Position numbers and translations under genes: made by a program. DNA of 35,917 nt from a virus (taxonomy: Duplodnaviria; Caudoviricetes), in IMG/VR virus record IMGVR_UViG_3300043414_000339, positions 1 to 35,917 of that record. One strand, written 5' to 3'. Shown in pieces: positions 18,939 to 25,926 of this stretch (its first letter is position 1; the number at the start of each line of letters is the position of its first letter). The notes below the pieces were generated by a model. The model worked only from the letters and a program-made list of their open reading frames with translations, was not told the origin of the DNA and did not search any database.

Positions 18939-20994
18939 TTTGCTTTAGACCATCTGTAAGTTTGGTGAGGAAGTCTTGTTTGACCTGAGATTGAGCATTA
19001 ACCTTGTCTGCCATCTGCAATTCAACAATCTTAGACTTGTTTTTGATGTCTTCTTCTTTCAACAAAAGTTCAGCAATCTTGACTCGCTTATCAAACTCAC
19101 GGGAAGCGGCTTCATCTCCATTGGGCAAGTTCTTAGTGGTTGCGCCAAGAACCTTAGCTTGCACTTCTTGAGGCATCAACTGTGCTTCCATAGACAATTT
19201 CACAGCATTTGCCTTGTTTTCTTCAGCCTGAGTCGTGTTAACAGCAATCTGAGCCTGTGCCGCTTGCATAGCCAACTGTGCTTGCATTTGCTCCATCTCT
19301 TGTGCTTGAGGATTGGGTTGCATCATCTTGTCCAACTCAGCAATCAACTCAAATCTGTTGGTCAAACTAGAGTTCTGCATGATTCCTTTAAGAATCAATG
19401 GCAAAACAGGGGTATTTGGGCCGAGAGTCTGCAACAAACCAATGAACTGTTGTTGCTCATACTCCCTAGCAATGATGCCCAAGGTAGCAGTTGGCACAAA
19501 ATTCATGTCAACAGAGGGATAACGCTCTGGGTCAAACTGCATATAGCGGAAAGCCGCCTTCTTGATGAATGGAATCAAGAAATCTTCTTGGAAATTTACC
19601 AGTGTGCGCTTGTATTTCTTGATAATGGTTGCCACTGCCGTAGACATACCACCACCATCCCTCGCAGTTTGGCTAACCAAACCCTGAGAATCAAGAGTTC
19701 CAGTAGCTTGCAACAACATACGCTCAAATTCCTTGGCAGTATTAAGGTTGTTCAGGCTAGTTTCACCAAACTTGAATGGGAAAATGATCTCAGAAGGTGC
19801 GCCATTGGTGAGCATTGCCTTGCCTGGCTTGATTTCAAACTTAGCACCCCTTGGCAAACGAGTTGCATCCATCGCAATCATGGGAGAAGTCGTCAATGCC
19901 AGTGAATCCAAGTGGCTACGGGTCTGAGCATCAATAGCTTTTTGCATATTGAAGGCTTTTTCCACAGTACCACGACCCAACAAGCGGTTAGGAATCGTGT
20001 CATCTTGATAACTCAAGACTGGACGATCTTTCATCATGTATGGGTTTTCTTCAGCCTTCAATAACAAACCATCGTTGGCAATGACCACAATGGCTTCCAC
20101 CATGTCGGTGTAGTCTTCAGCAGCAGAATTCTCAGGGAACAACTCAACAATCTCTTTGTTTTCTTCTAAGTTGTTCAGGTATTCACGAGGGACAAGACCA
20201 TAGTAGGTGAGCAACAGAACCTTTTCATCTTGGTACTGAGAAACTTCTTGAGTAGGCTCAAGATCAGTGTCTTCGTAGGTAGGAGTGATGTCTACCTTGC
20301 GGTATATACCACGCTCGATACCAGCCACAATCTTGTGGATTGAGACATACTTCTCAATAGCCACGCCCATACAGTCATCAATAGACGTTCCATTAGGGTC
20401 AAACAGGAAGTTTTTAGGATTGATAGGCATGATCTTCACGCCAATCCTGTCTCTCTCCATCACGCCAATAGCGGCTTGCCCCATCTGTCCAGGGATTGCT
20501 TGAGTCGATGGGATGTACTCTTTTTCGGTCTTGACAATGATCTCGCCAATGCCTGTTCCATAGATTTCAGCCATCAACTCGATCTGGTCGATAGATTTTC
20601 TGATCTTGTCTTTCTTGAAGTCTTCCATCAGTTGAGACTTAATCATCTCAACATCTATAGGGTTTCCACCTATATCTTGGATATTGTCTTCAATGTCAAA
20701 GAAGTCGCCTTGACCAAAGATAGCTTCCATGATCTCAGCATGACGAGTTTCTACGGCTTGTTGGGTAGCAGGGGTGACGATGCGGCTACGCTCAGATTCA
20801 CGGGTTTTGTCTTCTACCGCCCACTGACCACGAAAGATGCGCTCGTACTCTAGCCAGTCAGGGAGGAAGTTAACATCTCGGTAGTCACGCCACCGTTGGC
20901 AATGGTCAGTAACAAATGCAGTCAGTTCTTTGTCAGCCTCAGTTGGCTCGTAGAACTCGTTTTGCTCTAATTTCACTTGTTTGTCTGTTGCCAT
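18931..20994 (-). CDS. Portal protein
   Basis: 687 aa after TerL; IYGTGIG motif and Gln-rich C-terminal helical barrel like P22-type portals. Confidence 0.85.
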   Translation of the reverse strand: MATDKQVKLEQNEFYEPTEADKELTAFVTDHCQRWRDYRDVNFLPDWLEYERIFRGQWAVEDKTRESERSRIVTPATQQAVETRHAEIMEAIFGQGDFFDIEDNIQDIGGNPIDVEMIKSQLMEDFKKDKIRKSIDQIELMAEIYGTGIGEIIVKTEKEYIPSTQAIPGQMGQAAIGVMERDRIGVKIMPINPKNFLFDPNGTSIDDCMGVAIEKYVSIHKIVAGIERGIYRKVDITPTYEDTDLEPTQEVSQYQDEKVLLLTYYGLVPREYLNNLEENKEIVELFPENSAAEDYTDMVEAIVVIANDGLLLKAEENPYMMKDRPVLSYQDDTIPNRLLGRGTVEKAFNMQKAIDAQTRSHLDSLALTTSPMIAMDATRLPRGAKFEIKPGKAMLTNGAPSEIIFPFKFGETSLNNLNTAKEFERMLLQATGTLDSQGLVSQTARDGGGMSTAVATIIKKYKRTLVNFQEDFLIPFIKKAAFRYMQFDPERYPSVDMNFVPTATLGIIAREYEQQQFIGLLQTLGPNTPVLPLILKGIMQNSSLTNRFELIAELDKMMQPNPQAQEMEQMQAQLAMQAAQAQIAVNTTQAEENKANAVKLSMEAQLMPQEVQAKVLGATTKNLPNGDEAASREFDKRVKIAELLLKEEDIKNKSKIVELQMADKVNAQSQVKQDFLTKLTDGLKQNG

Positions 20995-21024
20995 GTTATT
21001 GCCTTAATTTATTGAAGCCTAGTG

Positions 21025-21354
21025 TTAAAGTTTTTTCCAGTCTTCAAAAGACAGTTTTAACGCATTAGGATCACCTGCTTCACGCTCATGTCGATATTGC
21101 TGAATACTGTTAGGCTGTCGTCTAATGTCCAAATTTTCTGCTTCTTGCTCATACATATTTGCTAAAGCACTTGATGCGTCTCCACTGGATTTAAAATCAG
21201 GTTGAGTAATAGTAGCCGTAAAGCGTCTTGAACGATTTTTATCAAGAAATTTGTTATGCTCTGCATCATTTGCATAATATTCAGACTTTTTTCTTGCTTC
21301 ATCCCTGCGATTTATCAAATCGTTGTTTTCTCTATCTGTAAGTTTTTTTGGCAT
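21025..21354 (-). CDS. Hypothetical protein A carrying conserved C-terminal tag
   Basis: AAGGAG RBS; 109 aa ending NSIQQYRHEREAGDPNALKLSFEDWKKL. Confidence 0.8.
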   Translation of the reverse strand: MPKKLTDRENNDLINRRDEARKKSEYYANDAEHNKFLDKNRSRRFTATITQPDFKSSGDASSALANMYEQEAENLDIRRQPNSIQQYRHEREAGDPNALKLSFEDWKKL

Positions 21355-21370
21355 CAAAATCTCCTTAAAG

Positions 21371-22630
21371 TTAAATACCACTTATTACGTCAAGAGGCTC
21401 CCACTCATCTTCTTGGTCATCTTGGAAGTATGAGGTGACAGCCAGTTGGTCAATGTACGATAGGGCATCAGGCAAGTCGTCATGAACACCTTGGGATGGG
21501 AAAAGAAGCAATTGATCTTTAAATTCATCCCAATCTTCCTCAGAGTTCAGCACAATACGCCCATGCTCAAACCGTCCTTGAAGTGACCAAATGATACGGT
21601 CGGTTTTTTTACGATTACCGTGGGTCAAGTCAACTATGTGGGAATATACATTATTCTTCCGCATTAAGTCACTCAAATACGGCAAAACTGCGTTTTTTAA
21701 CGCTCCACGCTCAATTCCTACAGAAAGTGGCCGATATTCCCGCATCTTGAGCAAAATGGTGGCAGCAGTCTCCCTGATGTCCCAACGCCCAAAAACGATC
21801 TCTTTGACAAACCATTTGCCATCATCAGTAACCTTAACAACAGCAATGGCAGTCTGGTCTAGCCGCTTCTTGGAGTTAGCAGCTTGTTTGGCAACTTCCT
21901 CAAATCCAGCCAAATCAACAGCAATGTAATAACTGCCATATTCAGGCTCAGTACCGTATTTCAGCCATTCTTCCTTGAAAACATCAGAGCCAGCATTGTC
22001 AAAAGATGCCATATACTCCTGCTTGAAAGCGAAGCTCGAAAGGGTCTTCTTTGCACTTTCGATTTCTGTAGGGTCAATCAGGGGGTTATCTTTGGTTGTG
22101 AAATGCCAAGATTTCCAGTCTTTATCTTCTTCTGAGTTTCCAAGTTTAAATACGTCATAGAAGAAGTTGCGACCCTTGGGAGTGCCGATAAACATTGCCC
22201 GACCCTTTTTGTCTGACAACGAAGCACGAATAACCTGTTCCCATGCTTCTGGTTTAATGTCGGCAACCTCGTCAAGCACAGCATAGGTGAGTGACACTCC
22301 TCGCAGAGTATCTGGTCGATCTGCACCTCTAACATAGATTTTTGCTCCGTTTATCAGGGTGATGTCCATGTTATTGATGTGACTGGCTTGGATAACATCC
22401 CTACCCAACTCCATCAAAACATCCCAAATAATCTGCCTTGCCTGACCATTAGTCGGCGCAACATAAAGCACAGCAGAACCAACAGTACATTGCAAACCCT
22501 CAATCAGGAGGGTAATAGCTGACAAGCGAGACTTGCCACAGCGCCGTCCAGCAGCAATGACTTTAAACCTTGTTTTGTCAGCAAAGACTTCTTGTTGCCA
22601 AGGGAGGAGACTAAAGTTAAGGTCAGACAT
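21371..22630 (-). CDS. terL: Terminase large subunit
   Basis: Walker A AGRRCGKS, Walker B AVLDE, GTPKG coupling motif, nuclease AVDLAG and HDDLPDALSY. Confidence 0.95.
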   Translation of the reverse strand: MSDLNFSLLPWQQEVFADKTRFKVIAAGRRCGKSRLSAITLLIEGLQCTVGSAVLYVAPTNGQARQIIWDVLMELGRDVIQASHINNMDITLINGAKIYVRGADRPDTLRGVSLTYAVLDEVADIKPEAWEQVIRASLSDKKGRAMFIGTPKGRNFFYDVFKLGNSEEDKDWKSWHFTTKDNPLIDPTEIESAKKTLSSFAFKQEYMASFDNAGSDVFKEEWLKYGTEPEYGSYYIAVDLAGFEEVAKQAANSKKRLDQTAIAVVKVTDDGKWFVKEIVFGRWDIRETAATILLKMREYRPLSVGIERGALKNAVLPYLSDLMRKNNVYSHIVDLTHGNRKKTDRIIWSLQGRFEHGRIVLNSEEDWDEFKDQLLLFPSQGVHDDLPDALSYIDQLAVTSYFQDDQEDEWEPLDVISGI

Positions 22631-23033
22631 CTTTGCTTTCTATGTCTTCAGCGTCAATTGTGTTTTCTCCAATGGAGACACCGCCAATACCTGAAATAGT
22701 TATGTTAACTGCAGACCGCTGTTTCCCTTCTTTCTCGAACAGGGAGACGGGAAGCATTCTGTCCATACAGAGTTTGATTGCAGCCATTTGTGCGGGATGT
22801 TCGTCATTCATGGCAATCTCAACTGCCTTGTGGACAACATTAGAGCCAGCACTGTGAATTAACAACTCTTTGAGTTCTTTGACTCTCTGTAGCTCAGTCT
22901 TGGGAAGTGTGGCGGGAGGACTATCGGCATAACGAGCCATAGTCATAGGTTTGGGGATAGCCACTTTGACAGCCTTGGGAGGACGACCTCTTGGCTTTTT
23001 CAGTTGTTCAGGTAAAGCGTCTATTGCATTCAT
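22623..23033 (-). CDS. terS: Terminase small subunit (putative)
   Basis: Overlaps the terL start; KKPRGRPPK AT-hook, helical core AAIKLCMDR, VNITISG beta tail. Confidence 0.7.
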   Translation of the reverse strand: MNAIDALPEQLKKPRGRPPKAVKVAIPKPMTMARYADSPPATLPKTELQRVKELKELLIHSAGSNVVHKAVEIAMNDEHPAQMAAIKLCMDRMLPVSLFEKEGKQRSAVNITISGIGGVSIGENTIDAEDIESKDV

Positions 23034-23069
23034 CTTTTGTCCATAGTGGGAAGAAGTTGTTGGTGTTGT

Positions 23070-23134
23070 GTTCACATAAAGCAGTGTTCATGCACTTAGC
23101 GTTTCAGCGGAAAAGGCGGCGCTAACCCACCTTC
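23070..23134 (-). ncRNA. Candidate pseudoknotted RNA element in the terS leader
   Basis: Stem GAAGGUGG/CCGCCUUU; loop UUAGCG complementary to downstream CGCUAA; then hairpin CAUGAA/UUUAUG. Confidence 0.4.
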
Positions 23135-23135
23135 A

Positions 23136-23227
23136 CAATACCAACACGGCTGGAGACTGGTATGCACTCATAGGGGCTTGCGCCTTGCTGAATACGGGTA
23201 CGCCAATCTCCATGCGTCTTGATGTTG
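23136..23227 (-). ncRNA. Long structured hairpin at the 5' end of the late transcript
   Basis: UGGAGAUUGG/CCAGUCUCCA core, outer CAACAUCAAGACG/CGUGUUGGUAUUG, apical GGC-GCAA-GCC GNRA loop. Confidence 0.55.
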
Positions 23228-23264
23228 GTACTCACTTTACATCAGAAAGCGAGTCCACTACATT
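23220..23264. promoter_or_regulatory. 29-bp repeat copy 1 / bidirectional sigma70-like promoter
   Basis: TGATGTTGGTACTCACTTTACATCAGAAA; plus strand TTTACA-17-TACATT; minus strand -10 TAAAGT. Confidence 0.5.
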
Positions 23265-23500
23265 CAAAGTTGTTTCCATTCTTCAAAAGATAATTTGAGG
23301 GCATTAGGGTCACCAGCTTCACGCTCTGCTTCATACTGCCGTCTTGAATTTATTTCAGGAACAGTCATTGGGTTTTTATAACCACGACCACCCCCAGCTT
23401 CACCCCGCATTGTTTTTTCTTCAATGTCTCGGTCTTCAATAGCTTGGCGAACACCTTTAGCCATATCTGGGAAATTGTCTTTATAAATGGTCTTAGGCAT
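23264..23500 (-). CDS. Hypothetical protein B carrying conserved C-terminal tag
   Basis: AAGGA RBS; 78 aa ending NSRRQYEAEREAGDPNALKLSFEEWKQL. Confidence 0.8.
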   Translation of the reverse strand: MPKTIYKDNFPDMAKGVRQAIEDRDIEEKTMRGEAGGGRGYKNPMTVPEINSRRQYEAEREAGDPNALKLSFEEWKQL

Positions 23501-23520
23501 GATTAGTCCTTAAACAGAAA

Positions 23521-23565
23521 TGATGTTAGTACACACTTTACATCAGAAAAGGAATCTTGTATAGT
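23521..23565. promoter_or_regulatory. 29-bp repeat copy 2 / bidirectional sigma70-like promoter
   Basis: TGATGTTAGTACACACTTTACATCAGAAA (2 mismatches to copy 1); plus TTTACA-17-TATAGT; minus TATACA-17-TAAAGT. Confidence 0.6.
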
Positions 23566-23572
23566 GGAGGCA

Positions 23573-23665
23573 AGTTTGATTGCGCCAAACTATGAGTCTT
23601 TTAGAAGTGGTACAGCCTTGGGATTTTCAAGGGCGCAACTGTACTACTCCTAAAGGGCTTTTTTT
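23573..23665 (+). promoter_or_regulatory. Structured 5' leader / attenuator
   Basis: Hairpin AGTTTG/CAAACT; long stem 23594-23660 ending in a T-run at the ATG; the SD-like AGGG lies inside the stem. Confidence 0.55.
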
Positions 23666-23890
23666 ATGGCTATTGAATTGACTCCAGAGGAACGAGCCAA
23701 TCAGCGCAAGAAACAAGAGATGGCAAAAGCACTAGATACTTGGAAAAAGGGTTTGGCAGATAAGATAGCGCAAGACACAATAACTAAGCGCAATGTCACA
23801 AATCCAAGGAAAATCAAGGCTTATAAGAAGGGTGCTAAACAGGAGGCAGGAAAGATTCTAAAAGCACTTGATAATGGGATGATCTTCTAG
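23666..23890 (+). CDS. Small Lys-rich hypothetical protein
   Basis: 74 aa ORF downstream of a promoter and structured leader. Confidence 0.65.
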   Translation: MAIELTPEERANQRKKQEMAKALDTWKKGLADKIAQDTITKRNVTNPRKIKAYKKGAKQEAGKILKALDNGMIF

Positions 23891-23895
23891 TACAG

Positions 23896-24048
23896 TGTCA
23901 CCAAGGAGTGTCGGTTATGCTACCCGACTCAACAGAGGGCAATCCTGTAAACCCCTGTTATGACCGCTTGGAAGCTGGTGTGCCATCGTAGTGACTACGC
24001 CGCACAGATAAACCAGAGTAAGCCTAGAAGTAGGCTCTCCTTGTGGCA
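23896..24048 (+). ncRNA. Candidate multi-branched structured RNA
   Basis: Closing stem TGTCAC(C)AAGGAG/CTCCTTGTGGCA enclosing four hairpin arms. Confidence 0.5.
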
Positions 24049-24315
24049 GACACCCAATCAGCTTTCTGTTAAATAAAAAATTACCTATATCACATATCGG
24101 GTAGCCGCCTTGCGCCCCAATGAAACTTAAAGACACACCTTACTGATTACCCTTTTCTTCCAGTCAAAGTAGCTTTGTTGTGTTAAACAGTCTGATTTAG
24201 CTTTTCCAGTGGATAGGAGGCTACATCAATATTTACACAACCCACTCTACCCCTCCCCCCCATAGTAAGTACTCACTCACACCAGGCGAAGTAAGCACTA
24301 ACTAACACTAGATGC

Positions 24316-24334
24316 AAATGAGAATCATTCTCAT
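24316..24334. promoter_or_regulatory. Fur-box-like site 1
   Basis: AAATGAGAATCATTCTCAT; perfect 8-1-8 palindrome resembling the proteobacterial Fur 7-1-7 consensus TGATAATnATTATCA. Confidence 0.65.
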
Positions 24335-24369
24335 CTAGAAGTTGGTAAGCACTAACGCAGGGTGAATCT

Positions 24370-24387
24370 AAATGAGAATCATTCGCA
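24370..24387. promoter_or_regulatory. Fur-box-like site 2
   Basis: AAATGAGAATCATTCGCA, 54 bp after site 1. Confidence 0.55.
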
Positions 24388-24414
24388 AGTAGAAGGGATG
24401 CATCATCTAAGGGA

Positions 24415-24434
24415 TACTGACCGACCAGTCAGTA
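24415..24434. promoter_or_regulatory. Palindromic operator-like site (TetR/RutR-like)
   Basis: TACTGAC-CGACCA-GTCAGTA, perfect 7-bp arms. Confidence 0.45.
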
Positions 24435-24442
24435 ATACAGTA

Positions 24443-24453
24443 TTATGTTAAAT
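24443..24453 (+). other. XerD-binding arm of dif
   Basis: TTATGTTAAAT, identical to the E. coli dif XerD arm; XerC side degenerate. Confidence 0.5.
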
Positions 24454-24503
24454 AGATAAAACCTAATGACTAACAGTTATCAATAGATATAAATAGAGAG
24501 AAG

Positions 24504-24549
24504 ATTAGGGTTTGTCCTAATAACATAGTGTTTGACATAACGTTATATT
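24504..24549 (+). promoter_or_regulatory. Early promoter 1 (TAGGG palindrome + GTTTGACA operator + -10)
   Basis: ATTAGGGTTTGTCCTAAT, 22 nt, TATATT; same layout at 29489 and 30275. Confidence 0.5.
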
Positions 24550-24558
24550 ATAGGCACT
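24530..24558 (-). other. dif-like site with 7-bp central region
   Basis: Minus strand AGTGCCTATAA-TATAACG-TTATGTCAAAC versus dif GGTGCGCATAA-TGTATA-TTATGTTAAAT. Confidence 0.4.
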
Positions 24559-24606
24559 GCAAACAAAAAAGCAGTGTATCAATCAACAAACTAAACAGGC
24601 GTAACT

Positions 24607-24792
24607 ATGAAAATCACAGAGCAAAAGAACGGAAGCTGGACATTGTTTGAGAAAACACCAAACGGCTACTATCTGGTCAAGCTATACAAAAGCACAGGCG
24701 AATTGTTAGATAAGGTGCTTTGCGACAATCGAAGCAATGCCCTTGCATACTTACGCAGTTTCAATGCAATAGCTAAAAATCAAGGGGCTTAA
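24607..24792 (+). CDS. Early hypothetical protein
   Basis: 61 aa, first ORF after the promoter. Confidence 0.7.
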   Translation: MKITEQKNGSWTLFEKTPNGYYLVKLYKSTGELLDKVLCDNRSNALAYLRSFNAIAKNQGA

Positions 24793-24868
24793 TCGGGTTA
24801 CTGACAGTCCAGCGGTAAGCCTTTAAGGGCTTATCAGTGCACTGTCGCACTATTTGAAAGGCGTGAAC

Positions 24869-25222
24869 ATGAGACATTATGAAATTATCCACACAGAGGA
24901 CGCCCAAGGCTTCCATGTAGTTTTCAGCATAACGCATGAAGACTCTCACCCAAGGGACTGTTTCGACTATGAAGAAGAAGAACTAGGGGAACTGTGCGAC
25001 AAGATTGATAGAGGGGTTTATTCATGGTTTGCAGCACGTGTTGAAGCCTATAAAAACGGAGTTCTGTTAGGGTCTGATTTTCTTGGGGGCTGTTTGTACG
25101 ATTCGCCCATGCAATTTGTGACAGATTCGGGCTACTATTCCGACATGGTGGACAGTGCAGTGAACGAAGCAAAAAATACCCTTGAATTGCTTTATCTCAC
25201 ACGTGACAAGGTGACAGCATGA
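24869..25222 (+). CDS. Early acidic hypothetical protein
   Basis: WFAARVEA...LGSDFLGGCLY...YYSDMVDSA; AAGG RBS. Confidence 0.75.
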   Translation: MRHYEIIHTEDAQGFHVVFSITHEDSHPRDCFDYEEEELGELCDKIDRGVYSWFAARVEAYKNGVLLGSDFLGGCLYDSPMQFVTDSGYYSDMVDSAVNEAKNTLELLYLTRDKVTA

Positions 25223-25308
25223 AAACAGATAAAAGCGAGATTCTTTACGGCATTGTCTGTGTGATAGTGTTTGCCTGTATCGGCGTGATGTTGGCCTGGA
25301 GGGGTTAA
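25219..25308 (+). CDS. 29-aa single-TM peptide (not in ORF track)
   Basis: MKTDKSEILYGIVCVIVFACIGVMLAWRG; ATGA overlap and AAGGTG RBS. Confidence 0.65.
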   Translation: MKTDKSEILYGIVCVIVFACIGVMLAWRG

Positions 25309-25310
25309 TC

Positions 25311-25520
25311 ATGAAAGTAAATTCAACAGAATTCACATCTATGAAAGGCCATGTTGCGGATGGATGTGTCATCATTGCACCAAGTGGCAAAGTATTCACC
25401 CTGAAAAATACAATGAAAGGCTGGACAGTTTTAGGGGCTGATGGTTTGCCCTGCTCTGGCAATTTGTCCTCTGCTCATGACGTTGAATATTTTGTAGTCA
25501 ACGGATTGCAGACCCATTAA
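25311..25520 (+). CDS. Early hypothetical protein
   Basis: 69 aa; GGAGG RBS. Confidence 0.7.
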   Translation: MKVNSTEFTSMKGHVADGCVIIAPSGKVFTLKNTMKGWTVLGADGLPCSGNLSSAHDVEYFVVNGLQTH

Positions 25521-25588
25521 GAGTTCAAACCATTGGGGATATTGTCCCCTTTGGCCTGTACTTTTGCAGGGTTTAATAGGTGTCCATC

Positions 25589-25915
25589 ATGAAACAAACA
25601 GTAGGCTTTTCTGAATTTCAAGATTCTTTTATGCGTTTGCGCCCACAGAATTTTTCTTTGCAGGGATTGGGTGCGCTTTGGGACTATTTAGAACAATATG
25701 AAAACGACTGCGGCGTAGAAGTAGAGCTTGACGTTATCGGTTTATGTTGTGACTTTAGCGAAGATGGATGGGAAAATATCGCCCAATCCTATGATTTTGA
25801 CTTGTCAGAATGTGAAACAGAGGAAGAAAAGACAGAGGAAGTCAAAAATTGCTTAGAGGAAAACGGCGTATTTGTCGGCGAAGTCGAAGGCGGCTTTGTT
25901 TATCGTGACTTTTAA
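25589..25915 (+). CDS. Early strongly acidic protein
   Basis: 108 aa with 27 D/E versus 6 K/R; ELDVIGLCCDFSE motif. Confidence 0.75.
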   Translation: MKQTVGFSEFQDSFMRLRPQNFSLQGLGALWDYLEQYENDCGVEVELDVIGLCCDFSEDGWENIAQSYDFDLSECETEEEKTEEVKNCLEENGVFVGEVEGGFVYRDF

Positions 25916-25926
25916 GGGGTGACAGC

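Noticed and set aside
18976-19905. 309-aa plus-strand ORF
   Set aside because: Antisense shadow of the portal gene, no recognisable motifs; other plus-strand ORFs across 1-23000 were rejected likewise
23070-24130. tRNA genes or hammerhead/twister/pistol ribozymes
   Set aside because: No T-loop GTTCRA cloverleaf, no CUGAUGA/GAAA core, and the pistol linker/P2 is missing; kept only as unassigned structured RNAs
23915-24136. 73-aa minus-strand ORF
   Set aside because: No convincing SD or protein-like composition; the region is better explained by RNA structure
24251-24258. KOPS motif (GGGGAGGG, minus strand) near the dif-like sites
   Set aside because: A single 8-mer in a C-run pointing away from the sites; expected by chance
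24264-24390. CRISPR-like mini-array
   Set aside because: Only two 54-bp-period units with short (12-15 nt) interleaved conserved blocks; no repeat-spacer structure or cas genes
24470-24495. DnaA box / IHF site (TTATCAATAGATAT)
   Set aside because: Mismatches to both consensuses in AT-rich DNA; not supportable
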